From the NCBI RefSeq assembly GCF_006345805.1, contig NC_042999.1:139748001-139812000 (forward strand): a stretch of 64,000 nt of DNA. The letters are read 5' to 3'. Of this stretch, positions 24,690-38,733 are shown piece after piece; position 1 is the first letter of the stretch; the number at the start of each line of letters is the position of its first letter. Origin of the DNA: Octopus sinensis. Taxonomy: Eukaryota. The translations under genes were made by a program, and so were the position numbers. The notes beneath the pieces were generated by a model. It did not search any database, was not told the origin of the DNA, and was given only the letters and a program-made list of their open reading frames with translations.

Positions 24690-27179
24690 GTGCTCCATCC
24701 TGAGTTAGTGGGTGTGTGCGTGCAAGCAGACTGCAAGGCGATCTTTGTCTCATGTTCTGATTCTGCCAATCTAACACCATGGATTAATGTTTTACCGATA
24801 TGAGAAATATGAAAAGCAGGTACAAAAGCTGAACTCAAAGGGATTTCAAGTTCAGGATGGAATGATGCAATCCCTAGATGACAAAGTTTCCAACAGTTTT
24901 TGATGGTCAGATTCTTTCAAAACATGAAAGACTCAGAAAAACATCTTCAAAATGAGGTGGGTGTTGTAGTATGAATTTACCAGATTTATTTGTAAATAGA
25001 GCATGTCGTTTCTATGCATACATAGTCAACCACTTAACCACGCATCTGTTTAAGTTTTAACTAATACCCTGTGAATATGGTAGTTGGAAACTGCAGAAGT
25101 GTGTTGTGCAGTATCTCTGTTGTCTGTCTTTAAGTTGGCATTGCTTAAAGAAAAATTGGTACCATTTATGTCCTGTTTCCGTTCACTAAATTTTATCACA
25201 CTGTGGCCGTAGCAGAAGCTAGTGAATTGAACTTCTTGTTAACATAGCCACATCGCTGTCTAGAGTGCATGGTCATTGTCATCAGATGACGGTGAGCAAC
25301 CAAAACTGCGAAGTCACAATGGATAGATGAGTGTTTTAAGATGAGGAGAGAGTGCAAGGTAGAGTACACACATCACACATAAACTTGTATTAAGAAGTTT
25401 GCTTCCCAACCAAGTGATTTAGGGGTTCAGTCCCACTGCATGGTGCTTTGGGCAAGTGTCATCCTGTGCCTTTATAAGTGGATCTGGCAGAGAAACTGAT
25501 GGAAGGCTGTCAATATGTGCGTTTTCATGTCTGTCTTGATATCGCAAAACACCATCATATAATGGTGCTATTCGTTTTTACAGATTAGTGAAAACATGTC
25601 TAGGCATGGGAAAATATTACCTTGCTTGTAAAACAGGAAGTTGGTGACTGGAAGAGCATCCAGTCACAGAAAATCAACTGCAATAATTTGTCTGACCTAT
25701 GCAAGTATGGAAAAGTTGGACAAAAAAATGACATAGTTACTTAATAACTGTTTCATTCAGTTCTGCATTTAAGTTTCATAGGCAAAGACATTCCATTTCA
25801 TCGGTTTGAAGAGTGGAAAGAATTTAAAAGACAATGGTTTCTAAGTGTATAGAATTCTATTGGTCAGATTAAACCATGTGGTTAGTTTTGCTCTCATACA
25901 GGTAACAGTTATTTTATTGTTAGGTCCACTTGATGAAGCAGACAAGATGTTGGTGTAAATTTGTACGCATTCTGCAGGGTAACAAATTCAGAGACACCAG
26001 CTCTCTACCATGGATACTGAATGTGATAGGGTGTAGACAATTAGTCACTATTCTGTAGGATAGGGTATTTTAGTGACAATAGTTATGCTGAGGGTGGTCA
26101 GTAACCAATTTGATGGTGTTGGGTCATAGATATATTCAAATGACCAACATAATTAAGCAGCAATCTCTACATGTAGCAGGGTAGGATGCTAGCGAGACCT
26201 AGGGTGGTATATCTCATTATTAGAAGCTATAGGTTTGAAGCTCATTAACAATGTATGTCCACTAGCAACAATAAGATAGGTAGGTAATTTTTCCTTTTGA
26301 CAAATACAGTAGGCTGGTAGAGGGGTTTGCATGTTCTCATGAAGAGAAAGCAGCTAGCAATTATCATATGCAAGTGTGCTTGTGTGTGAATGTAACTACA
26401 CACATACTGTTGGTGATTTCTTTTACTTCTTTGGACCTTTCCCTGTATATCATGTGTGTATTGTTCCCCGTTTATCATATGTGTGTATTGTTCATTTTAA
26501 GGTCTGTTTTCCATGCTAGCATGAGTTAGACATGGTGTTATTCGAGGCAGGATATCATAGCCAGATGTTTTTTCTTTTTGCTAAACTGTAACTTATTTCA
26601 AGGAAGGGCTCTTTTTCAGGTTTTCAAATGCACAGTGTCAGGCAATAATATAAACTGTCATAAACATTTATGTGCATGGGTTTCCTGTAATTTTTCATTC
26701 AAATTCATTCACAAGGCCTGGAACTATAGCAAAGCCACTCAAAGTGCTATTTAAACACAAGACTAAACCATAATAATACCACTTGGTTGTGGGTGTATGA
26801 TCATATTGTGTATGGCCTTAATCAGCCATGTGGACCAATTTATATCTAAGACAGGTAGTTCAGTATATAATCTATATTATATAATATATATATTATACAA
26901 GAAAAATATTTAGTGCACTTAGCTAATGAGTATACATGTAAATGTTTATTGCTATGTTCTGTTTGTGACTGAGTTTTGTGAGTTAATTTCAAAGATGGAT
27001 TCCAAGATTAAGATTCAATATCCATGTTATGCCTCAGAGACATACCTACTATTGGTATTATGTCAGGAATTAAGTATTAGTATTATATAGTTAAAACTAC
27101 ATTCCAGAAACCCTAAACTACATCTAATTACAATGCTGTTATAATTTCTGAAAGCCTTCAAACATCATAATACACTAAT

Positions 27180-28559
27180 TTAACCCTTTAGTGTTCAAAT
27201 TATTGTCAAATGTAATTGCTTATTCATTTACATTTCTTTGAATCAATCATGAATTATTTCATAGCTTTGAGATTTTGAAGATATGATTGCATATACAGTG
27301 TGTGAGGGTTGTTTGAGGACATTTCACTTTTAGCTCATTACACCTTCAAATTATTTAATGTATCACCCCCCCCCCCCCAGATAACCCTTTCAAAATATGC
27401 TAACTCAAGGAATGAAAAGACACACAGTCATAGTTGCTATATATGCAATCCACAATGATTTAGAAATCAGTAATTTTCTCACAAATGTTGCAAGATCATT
27501 TGTACACAAAGTTAGGTTGAAATTGAAGGCATGTGATAATGATGTTTCACCTGTATCAAAAAGAAAAAAAACATTCACAACGCTCAGACACTAAAAGGAC
27601 ACTGGAAATTATACATGTTCAAAACATTATCTATGAAAATCCCAAAAGATCAATGAGGTCCATTGCTTAAAAACTCTGAGTGTCAGAGTGGACTATAAGA
27701 ACTATGGTACATTGTGACACTCAATACAAAGAAATACCAATTTGTCTGCGAAGACACCAGAAAACTGTCTCATCCGTTCAAAACGGTTACTTGAAAAACC
27801 CTCATGAATTTTCTAATGGAAAAAGAAAAAAAACAACCCAACTTTGACCAGGTGGTTATGTGCAGATCCTTCTGAAATACCCAGAGTGATGCACACGAAA
27901 ATCATGTGATGCCTCCCCACATTTTTTCCACAGGGTCTTAGAATTAAAGCTGCTGGATACATTGAGGTACTGGAAACTTATCAAGCCCTGGATTGATGAA
28001 GTATGCAATGGAAGGATATACATGTTTTAACAAGACTCAGCACCTTCTCACAAAGTACTAGTCACTCATGAATGGTTGTTAGACAATTTTTATGATTATG
28101 TAACACCCAATATGTGGCCTCCAAACTTGCCAAATTTGAACCCTAAGGACTACATGTGGAGCACTGTTGAAAGGGAGACTAATTATCATCCTCATAATAC
28201 CAGAGCTTCACTGAAGGCTGCCACTGTCCAGGTCATGTCCGAAATGAATTAGAACCATATAATATCAGCATACCAGCAGCTTCGATTCCGCATTGAAGTT
28301 GAAGGTGGCTTCACAGAATAATTTGCATAAAAAATCATTACCAAGATTAATTGCACAAATGTTTATTCAAATACACATTTAGTTATGCTGAAATATAGTT
28401 GTTTTATTGTATACCAAAACTGTCCTCAAATACCTCTCACACCCTGTATTTCGATTGATATTGTACAGTAGGTGTGAGAAACCAGATCTAGCTGGTTTGA
28501 ACATAAAACAGGTAGAATATTTGGGTTGGATATGGCTGGTTTAAATGCTGAAGAGTTAA
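27180..28559 (+). mobile_element. Short non-autonomous repeat (TTAACCCTTTAG...TGCTGAAGAGTTAA) split by the mariner insertion
   Basis: Its two halves flank 27296-28446 and join to match the uninterrupted copy at 62391-62608. Confidence 0.75.
27296..28446 (+). mobile_element. Decayed Tc1/mariner element (about 1.15 kb)
   Basis: TIRs CAGTGTGTGAGGGTTGTTTGAGGACA / TGTCCTCAAATACCTCTCACACCCTG with TA target sites. Frameshifted remnants of QDSAPSH and WPPN.P.LNP.DY motifs are present. Confidence 0.85.
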
Positions 28560-29399
28560 ACACACACACACACGTATACTTCAACATTTACTATACATAA
28601 TAGATTGAGGCAAAAAGGCACTCAGTGGAACTGGACATAAAGTTACATATGTGAAGTGAACTTCCTAACCTCACAGACATGGCTATGCATGTATATGTTC
28701 TGCTAAGCTTACAATTACTGCATCTTCCACACCATGACATGTCTGTCTATCTGTAATTTTTCTTGTAAAATACGAGCAAAATGCTATTTCCTGATCCATC
28801 TAGACGGACTGCACCTCAGATATATGTATGTGTATATATAGAAGCCTACATGTTGGGGTAATGTTTTAACATCATCTATTCTCCTGTCACTTATTACAAC
28901 ACAAAGTGACATGGTGTACAGTACCTCTCACTACACGCAACAGCAATCTACAGAGTGTATTTTTTGGTGAACTAATACTAGAGAGGTTTAAGGCAATAAC
29001 AAGGGTTCACTCAACCCTATGATGTCTTGTTTGTTTGCTTACTGTACTGGGTGAAATTGGAGAGATAGTGCTAGTGAAGTAATGGAAGCAGAAGTACCTC
29101 CTCCTGACAAAGTTGAACTACACCTCAACTAGCCTAATCCTCTTCTAAATCAGTTTTGCAATACCCCTTACTGTAACTTTAAAAACCAGGTCCAAAAGCT
29201 CAATACTGTAGTTTTATTGTTCTAGAACATCTCTTTGCCTCTGTATCAATTTATGGCAGCAGGGTTGGGTGAGTAATAAAGAGTAGAGTACATAGGAGTC
29301 ATGACTACTACAGAAATGTAGATAATTAGTTGTGCTCTGAGTGTTCATGCAGGAGTACATGATAGCTGTATGTTATATTTAGACATAATATCAAACAGT

Positions 29400-29990
29400 T
29401 TTATTTTTACATCTGCTTTTTCATGCATACATAGGTTAACTAGTCCTCTCCACTTGTGTCATTTTATCATCAGCTTTCTCCCCTTGGGTTGCTTGGTACA
29501 TCTAACCAACTTACCCATACATGTCTGTACCAAACCAGTTGTCTCTCTTGTACATTACATCTGATTCTTCTTATATCCAGATTTTCTCTTTTTCATTTCT
29601 CTCCCTTCAATGTTCTCATGCAGTTGACTTTTTTTTGAAGAGAATCTCTTTGTTGCCAGTAAAAGCAATGACTCCTTGAACCGTTTTACTCTATTATGCA
29701 CTCAGAGTACAAATGAAAACCATTTCTCATAATCTCATCTCCCATGAAGACACCAATCTTCTTTCATATCTTGGTCCATAGAGTCTGAAACGCCTATAAT
29801 TGGTTCTTTCTAAAAGTATTTCCTTTGCCCGTGTAGTATTTGACAATTATGCTGTCATGTTAATCATTGTGTACAACAACTCTTTGTGTTATTAGGTTGA
29901 CTATGCAAGTCCTATTTGAGATATTTTTAGCATCTCAACAACTATTTCTGATGGACCTGTCTTCATATCCTTAATGACTATTTTAACTCT
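29400..29990 (-). mobile_element. Decayed RTE-like LINE 3' fragment
   Basis: The minus strand shows broken remnants resembling the C-terminal LRW.GHV.RM region; boundaries are approximate. Confidence 0.45.
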
Positions 29991-30029
29991 ATACCTTGCC
30001 CACTTCAATTACATATTTTTGTTTAATTC

Positions 30030-30422
30030 AGGAGTGGCTGTGTGGTAAGTAGCTTGCTAACCAACCACATGGTTCCGGGTTCAGTCCCACTGCGTGGCAT
30101 CTTGGGCAAGTGTCTTCTACTATAGCCCCGGGCCGACCAATGCCTTGTGAGTAGATTTGGTAGACGGAAACTGAAAGAAGCCTGTCGTATATATGTATGT
30201 GTGTGTGTGTGTTTGTGCGTCTGTGTTTGTTCCCCTAGCATTGCTTGACAACCGATGCTGGTGTGTTTACGTCCCCGTTACTTAGCGGTTCGGCATAAGA
30301 GACCGATAGAATAAGTACTGGGCTTACAAAAAGAATAAGTCCCGGGGTCAAGTTGCTCGACTAAAGGCGGTGCTCCAGCATGGCCGCAGTCAAATGACTG
30401 AAACAAGTAAATGAGTAAATGA
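30030..30422 (+). mobile_element. Apparently full-length tRNA-head SINE of an Octopus-like family
   Basis: A-box-like TGGCTGTGTGG and B-box-like GGTTCAGTCCC, a central (TG)n tract and a tandem GTAAATGA tail. Homologous copies occur elsewhere in the window. Confidence 0.85.
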
Positions 30423-31864
30423 CTTTTTATTTAGACAGAAGGTTAGCAATTTCGAGGAGGGGTTTAGTTGATACTATCGATCCCAGAAAGATGAAAGGCA
30501 AATTTGACCTCAGTGAAATTTGAACTTACAACATAAAGAGCAGGAGAAATACTGCAAGGCATTTCTTTCAACGCTTTAACGATTCTGCTTTAAACAATGA
30601 ATGTTATCAACCGGTTATTGCCATCGATATCATTAAGTTCTTTAACACTAACAAGAACCTCACGGAACCTACCATTTGTATTATTTTGGAATGTAAATTT
30701 ACCAGTAATTGTTTACGTTATGATTTATCAGTAATTGTTTAGGTTAAGATTTATCATTTTAAGGCATCTCCCGTTGATTTTTCAAATATGTCCTCTTTTA
30801 AGACGATGATAGTAGTACAATCTGAGGGAGAATTGGCTTGCATTTTCTAACAAAGTGACTGAATTAAAGCACCCTCATTGGTTCGTGGATTTGATCAACT
30901 AGTCGTGAATGTAAACAGTTTCCTGTTCTTGTATCCCAATGTTTTAGGAACTATGAGACTGCCGTATGCATATCCACTAAGTATTAGGGTACCAAGAAAT
31001 GCCTTACTAGTTCAAGTTCTGAAATTAGAGACAGAATTCGGGAAATAGGATTTTAAAAATGCAGCTGTTGTTGGGTAAAGTGGAGAGAGGGTGCTACAAA
31101 TCCGGAAACATCAACATTGCAACTAAATTCCAAACAGACATAGAAAGTTTCTAGCGTGAATGCCCTTGAGAATGCGACACGAATGTCAAAATTTTCTTAT
31201 AACCCTTTTCTAAAAATAAATTTGCTAGACATCGAAAAATACTTGAGCATGTCAAATGTCAATTACAATTTTCAGTCCTAGTTGCCTACAACTCATGGGA
31301 AAGATATATGCACGCCACATTCCATCTTCACAGTGTTTGCTACCTCCTTGCTCCAAGTTCAAATCCTGCCTTGGGTCAATAAGTTAAAAGCTAGCTAATA
31401 ATCCTAGTGTATATTCAAGATGTGTATACACACACACACACATCGAAAATATAACATTCCAACTGTACGTTCTAAAACGATGTTGGGGATAATAACTCAT
31501 GCGTATCAATACGGATGTAAACAAACAAATAATAAACATGGTTTAAAGAGACGGCAAAATAATTTATCAGTTTCGAGAGAAATCCAATTCGGTCTCTATA
31601 TAGCGTCGTAATATAGCAGTACTAATACTCATCGTTTATGTATTCTACTCAACATCTAAATTACTGAAAATGAAAAACGCCTGTACGTGGTTGCCTAATT
31701 AAAACCGGGGTGAGGGGGGAACCCCTAGCAACAAACCATTTAATGGGCTTAAAGATTTGAGTAGAAAGATCAACTGTTTCATTTGCTTTTTGTTCTTATT
31801 CGTGATGCAGTTAAGGCACGGTAGCCATTTTGAGAGTCGATAATATATATATCTATATACATAT

Positions 31865-31895
<31 letters not shown>

Positions 31896-32736
31896 ATCTG
31901 TTTGGGGAGGAGAGGGAATAGATGGCACACTTCAATGAAAACTATTTACTTCCATAAACAAATCGAAATAAAGCAAACAGCAGATAACTTGAAAAAGAAA
32001 GAAAAGACAAAAACACGAAAAGCCAATAGAATAGGATTTCGTATATAACTATACCGCAGATAAAAATAGGGACTATTTATGGACTATTTTTGGCTGAGAT
32101 TTAGGGACAACCAGCAATACAAATAATAAGCTTTCCAGTTAGCAACAGCATACTATCGTACAATAGTCAAAATAATTCATCAACTACAATAATCTACCAC
32201 ATATGTGTATATTCTTTCACGTCGTGTCAATAGCAGCAAATAAAATGCTTATATGACCGCGCCGAGTACCCCCCACCCCAACAGCTAAACTAGCATTCAG
32301 CGTAAGTGTGTTACAAATCATTACGCTACTCCTCCTGTCTTTTTTCTCCTTTGTGTGCGTATGTAGATGTATAATGAAACAATGACCACTGCGCAAGAAT
32401 ATTTTATATTCACAGATAGAGTGAAAAGGTTTTCGGCGTGTAAATAACCAATTATAAGAAGAGGGTAAGTGAGAAAACATTACGCGTTCGACTCAGTCAC
32501 ACACACACACACACAAAATTTGTTTTAATAAGGCATGTTTTGTGAGAAAATCTTTTCGGTATTTCATTCTATAGTTATCAAAGTAGATTTTAAATTATAT
32601 CATGCGGAATGAAAAAAGTATCACTTTACGGGATGCAAATTCATAAATAGCTGAGAAAGGATGAGGGGGAAAGGAAATGTCATGAGATGAAATGAAAACA
32701 ACAGAAAACAAGTCATTCAGCTCTATCAATCCTTAC

Positions 32737-32934
32737 CTTTGAACAGACATATTTATTCTGATCGATCTTGAATACATTTAGTTGAGAATACGGCCGACCG
32801 CATGCTTCAATCCATCGCAAACACTTTTCTAGCTTTGTACGCGGTTTAGGAAAAGGAATGAAAAATCCACCGTTTATTCGTTCTGGGTACCTTTCGTCGG
32901 CGTTACACAAACCCCACACACATCGGCGCACCAT
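32737..32934 (-). CDS. Variable first coding exon V9: split THAP, N-terminal part (66 codons)
   Basis: MVRRCVWGLC..FFIPFPKP..CLRWIEACGRP..YVCSK|. Kozak GCCATGG, donor AAG|GTAAGG in phase 0, strong upstream acceptor ctcccctccctgcag. Confidence 0.88.
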
Positions 32935-34960
32935 GGCGAGCTGACTGCAGGGAGGGGAGAGAGCTCAGTAACAAGAGTTAGAGGCAAGGGGAGAGCACAA
33001 CCGACAACTACAACATACATAACTAATGCTACTAAATACCATCGTCACTACAGCTAATTTAAACGCCAGACTTCTGGATGGAGCTGCCAACCGTTTCATG
33101 GTTTTATTAGTTGAACAGAAGCGCATGAGCACATTAACCAACGAGAAAAGAAAGGACGTAAGTAATGAAATCAACAGTCAGATAAAGACGACTTTTGGAT
33201 TCCACAATAATACTAAAGAAAAAAAAAACCTACACTGAACGGTTTGAAAAAGTAAGGAAATTTACACTCAGTAAACTTTATTGCATTTGGTTATTTACCT
33301 TTCAAAACATATTCACAACTAAATCAGCTTAATAGTCCTACCCAGCTCCCAAACGAAAACGTCATTTCATTACTACTACTACTATATATATTTTGTGGTT
33401 CATGGCAATAAAAGTTTAATATGATTTTAATGACTTATACGCGCACATTTCTGCCCTTTATTGACACGACCAGTTTTAGATTGATTACGGATTTATTTCT
33501 GATAAATATCTACGATATGAAAACGAACCCAAAACAGTTACGTCCACTTGACAGCTGAAAATATAAAATCTTCCCTCCCCCCGCCAAAGGGGTGGGATGC
33601 ATGTTGTACACCTCCATCAATTATTATATTGAAGCATCCAGAAATGTATATTTCTGAATAAAGAACGTTGCAACAAAGTCTTTACATGAAGATAGAAAAG
33701 GGCAATTATAAAATAGCACATTTACATCATGCACACACTAGGACCAAATTAAGATTTAATGAGAAATTCCAAATTGCTAAAATCTATTCTCAGTATTTGT
33801 TCTATAATTATTTAAGCATTTTATTTATTCATATGAAATAATTATACTCGTTTCCCTTACTCCGGTCTTAATCGCTGAAACCACCCTTTGCTGACCATAA
33901 ATGTTTTAGTGCTATCTTGACTCTTCATATTCAGGCAAATAAGGACTTCACTCACTCTGTTCAGAATGACCGCCTGCAAAACAGGGACGTTATTATCATC
34001 GTCAAGCCAGGGCACTAATAAATTTTCCAGTTTTTTCCCACAGTCTCATCTACTACAAGGGTTTGGTACACCATGCATTTGTTTCTGCGTGTACACTTTT
34101 TTTTAATGTTGTTCATCATTGTCGATACAATAGAAGGTCTAGACTCGACGCCTAACAGACAATCGGCAGAAGAATTATTTTCTCAACTGTATTTTACATT
34201 CTAGTCTTCCCAAACGCAGACACTGCACTACGCTTACAGAGCCCGAGTAATTCACAGTTAGGACGTTATAAGTTGAAAACTCACCATAAACAATTCCTGG
34301 CATCACTATTACTTCATTATTATTATTATTCCACCCGTAACGCACTACGAAGAACAAAAGAAGCGTATTAGGATTCACAGGCACTGCTTCGAGGTATTGT
34401 TACTGGATTGCGATTGTTAATTAAAATGGAGCTTGTGTTTAATCATGTTTGATGGCAAAAGATAAACGTCTGATTCGAAGCTACCTAAAACAAGGATGCA
34501 ATTTGAAGGAAATGTGATTGCTACTTCAACCAATTCAAGATTCGATGCAGTGTAAGGCTCCTTCGTCGGCTCATGTAGGGAGAATCAATTGGATCTGATT
34601 TAAGTGAAATTTGGGTGCTAATTCTAAAATAAAGGGATCATACAGAGTTCATTATCTATATAAGACAGCAGGGTGTAATTTAATTACGATTTGCTCCCCT
34701 TGCTGACTCATAGATAGCATAAGACGATAAATTATCAAGCCAGAAATGGCATGTGAAATTATTGTCTACAAATATTGGTTTAAGAGCTTAAGAGAGAAAG
34801 CTTCTCATAGACCTGACACAAATGTCTGCAACAGAGTGGACTCCGCTAAAGTCAACACAAAACCAGGTGGTGGTTAAACAGTGCCACGCTTATAAACAGA
34901 GGCATATTTTGTTTCCATAACAAACAAGAATAAACAAATGTATTATTAATTCCAGCTTAC

Positions 34961-35167
34961 CTTCGAGCAGACGAAGTGATGCGATTTAATTTTATTAATA
35001 TTCAGCTGATAGTAAGGCCTGCAACATGCATCAAGCCAACGTATACAACGCTCCAGAGAACTCTTAGGCTTAGGAAAAGATACAAAAAACACGTTCAGCA
35101 TGTGAGGTTTATGTTTGTACCGACTGTCACTACGACAAGTACCCCAAGCGCAACGCTTAGTTACCAT
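34961..35167 (-). CDS. Variable first coding exon V10: split THAP, N-terminal part (69 codons)
   Basis: MVTKRCAWGTC..FFVSFPKP..CIRWLDACCRP..FVCSK|. Donor AAG|GTAAGC in phase 0; acceptor catctttccag 11 nt before the ATG. Confidence 0.88.
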
Positions 35168-36478
35168 TTTTGGAACTCCTGGAAAGATGCTTTAAAAAAA
35201 TCGTAACAAGGAGGGGAAAATTATATATTTGCTAGTAAAACTGATATGCTTTACTCTTGGCAAAAGCGGAAATACTGTTTGTACCGCGGTCATGTGATAT
35301 ATAAACACGATAACACCGGAAACAGTTGGGATGCAAATGGTAGTATATATGAACTTCGAGAATAATTAGTTCAAATGTTTAAATAGGAATTTTTGGCATT
35401 ACAATAAACTGGTCCCAGTACTTCGATGGTACTTAAAGAGTTAAATGACTTAAAAATACTGCAATGTATTTCACCCTGAGGTTTCATGATTACTAACATC
35501 AAGTACTAAGATAAACAGTTTAACTGAGACCTTATCTTAAAACGAACCTAAACTGAATTTCTACTTAATCCTCACAGCGGTAACATTTATAAACATAATA
35601 TATAGTTTACTAATTAACATTGTCGAACCAAGTTTTGGTTTTCGTCCCTAAATGCATATTACCATGCATAACTCAAGTTTTCACCATTACTTCGATACAC
35701 ACCACGCGCGCTGCAAGACATTCGAACATGACAGAAGGCAAAACATTTTTGTATCTCATCATCAACTTCACTCTTCTCACGCCAGCATTTACCATACAAA
35801 GATTAATGCACATTATATACGGTTAAAGACATTTAGTCAATAGACAAAATTCTGTTTGGAAACGTCACATTTAAATACTATAAATATTAAGGTAATTTTT
35901 TTTTTCAACGATGGTACGTTTCAGCAAGAAGTATCAGGTATCTCCTGTGCTCAATATTTTTGGCGGACTTGACTTTTAAGTAGATTTTTTTTTCTTTCTT
36001 AATCCTCACAGATGAAGCAACAAAAATGTAGGAAGAACTAATATATGATGGAAAAGTGAAAATAATAAAATAAGTACTGAAAAATGAAATGGGTTTTAAA
36101 AATACTTTTTCAATTTGGCACAAGTCAGTGGCCATCAAAACGGTATAAGTAATTTTAACAAAACAAGCAATAATTTTCTGTATTTTTTCCTAAACATTCA
36201 GCTTTTATATAAACTTAAAAAGAAATTTCCATAGTGTGCGGAAGTTAAAGGACATTGGAGAAGCAATAGCATAAACTTTATAGGATACGCTCAACAAGTA
36301 ATTTTATTCTATTATCACAAGTGAAGATATAAATATAAAAAACTTTATCCGTTTATATTTAATTTGCATTATAGAGAATATTAATGAGTAAAATTAAATC
36401 AACTCATAAGAAGAAAATCCAGATTTTTAAGTTGTTACGATTACAAAGAGGCTGAAATTAGAAGCCAGAGTTATTTAC

Positions 36479-36685
36479 CTTTGAACAGACGTAAAGGTTT
36501 TTGTTTCCGTCAACAATGTTAACGTTCAGTTGCTCGGGAATTCGACCGCAACGTTCAATCCAACGAAGACATTTGTCTCGTTGTCTCCGCGGTTTCGGAA
36601 ACGGTATGAATGTAACACCACCGAACAGACGTTCAGGATAACGATCGTCTGTATTACACAAACCCCATGCACAACGCTTCACCAT
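36479..36685 (-). CDS. Variable first coding exon V11: split THAP, N-terminal part (69 codons)
   Basis: MVKRCAWGLC..FIPFPKP..CLRWIERCGR..YVCSK|. Donor AAG|GTAAAT in phase 0. Confidence 0.88.
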
Positions 36686-36979
36686 TACACTATTCTTAAC
36701 CGACTAGGCAACAGAAAAAGCTTGACTGACTAAAATGGCTGACATGACAGAACAAGAGGGGTGTGATGATAAGTCGAAGAATCTGATTGGTTGAAATGGG
36801 TGACACAGATTGTTGGAGGTCACAACATGAATAAGCCGTTTGCGCTGAAAGGTTATGAATCTTGAAGAAAATTTAGATAAATGTGAACCTCTCTAACTTG
36901 CGCCAATAAAGTATACTTTTAAATGGACACTCCACTGCTCTGAGCTGAAGACAAATTGAGTAATTTCTGGGCAGGAGGT

Positions 36980-37125
36980 AAGTCACATCGACCCCAGTGC
37001 TCAACTGGTATTGTTTTTATCGACTCCTAAAGGATGAAAGGCAAAGTCGGCCTCAGAACGAGAAGACGGACGAATTGCGCTAAGCATTTCGCCTGGCGTG
37101 CTAATGATTCTGCCAGCTCGCCGCA
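36980..37125 (+). mobile_element. Second short interspersed repeat family; fragments also at about 9215-9300, 30450-30590, 42280-42320 and 57240-57275
   Basis: The shared core ATCGACCCC..AAGGATGAAAGGCAAAGTCG.CCTC. Confidence 0.65.
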
Positions 37126-38733
37126 TTAAAGAATAAACTCAATATATAATTCATTAGTATCCAACAGAAAAAAAGGTAGCATTCTCTAACCTATCTTGTT
37201 CGATCCCTTTCCATACAATGGAATGGCTGGCCGCATTCTCTCATAGCATTGGAAAGCGATCCAAGTACAAGCTAAAGAAAAAGTGCTTACTGCGAAGAAT
37301 ATTGCATTCTATTTGAGCTTAGCCGAGTGAAGTAGTTTGACTTGTAGGTTACGTGATACTTACCAGCGCCCCTATACCTGATTACCAACAGAACACAACG
37401 CCAATTTAATACTACTTCAAAGAAAGTGCACACCTAAAGTTAACGCGTACAGACAGAAATGACACTGGCATAATTTATGTTCGTACTTTCTGGAGATTCT
37501 TAATTGTGGACATGTTGATCGTTATATCAAAAACAAAACTAGATATATTTGGATTAAAACTAAATCAGGTAATTTGATTGACTACAAAAAATGTTGGGGA
37601 GGGGAATATAGGTAAAAGTAAAAACAAAAGATTATATCAACACATCTTTTCGAAGAACACAAAATATTTGGAAAACGAAAGTTTGATCCAGTCAACTCTA
37701 CAGCTCCGGTTGCTGCAAGAGACCCATCTGGCACAGAATACATTGTTGCTATTTAAACCCAGGCCAGCAATGATCAAGCACTGTAGCCGCGATCAATCTG
37801 TGTCTTTGAAGTAGCTTAGGACATAATCCAAAGTGTCCTTTCAGTACGATGTACTTGGAAGGGAATTTCCATGTTATTACCGGGGTACTGGGCGACCACG
37901 AAGCGCTCTCGCGTTGGTTTTGGTTGTCAAGTATGGCAAATATGGTAATAGATCGATGATTGTTGACGTTCGTGTGTCAAATCTTTCGTACGGTTCATTC
38001 ATTGGCAGCGGGGAAAAAAATGCTACATATATAGGGATTAAGTTAAACTTCAATAGCACCAATAAAAGTTGATGAGAATAATTTCTGTTTTTAAAAGAAA
38101 TCTTTTAGACCGAGGCTTTGCTGAGGAACCGCCTTGAAGAATTTTAGTTGAAACGAATCGGCACCAATATTTTTTTTCAAACCTGGTAATTATTCCATCG
38201 TTCGCTTTTGCCGAATCGCTAAGTTACAAGGATGTGAATACACACACACAATGGGCTTCTTTCACTTTCCGGCTACCAAATTCATTCACAAACTTTTGGT
38301 CGGCTCAAAGCTTTAAAAGCCACACTTGTCCAAGGTGCCACGTAAGTGAGACTTAATTCAGCAAACTTCTTACACATGCACCTATTTCTGAGATATTTTA
38401 CCGGAAGAAGCATAGGCATTACTTTTTTAGATGTATTTACTGATAAATGTAAACTTTACTTTACAAATGTCTTAGAGCAGAAAAGCTAAAATAAAATAAA
38501 CCGCTCTTTCAAAGTTTGGCTTTATGTATTAAGATATCCACAAAATGGGATGGGCATTCTACATAACAAGCCTTTGGCCTTCAAAAATGTAAAATATCAA
38601 GAACTCCAACTTGTTATACTATTTCATATTCCTACCTGTGAAAGCCAATCATTCTTATCTTAGATATCTTAACAGACTGTAAAAACATCTTAAAACAAGC
38701 GTGATATCAGATATTAATCAGAATGTCACCTAC

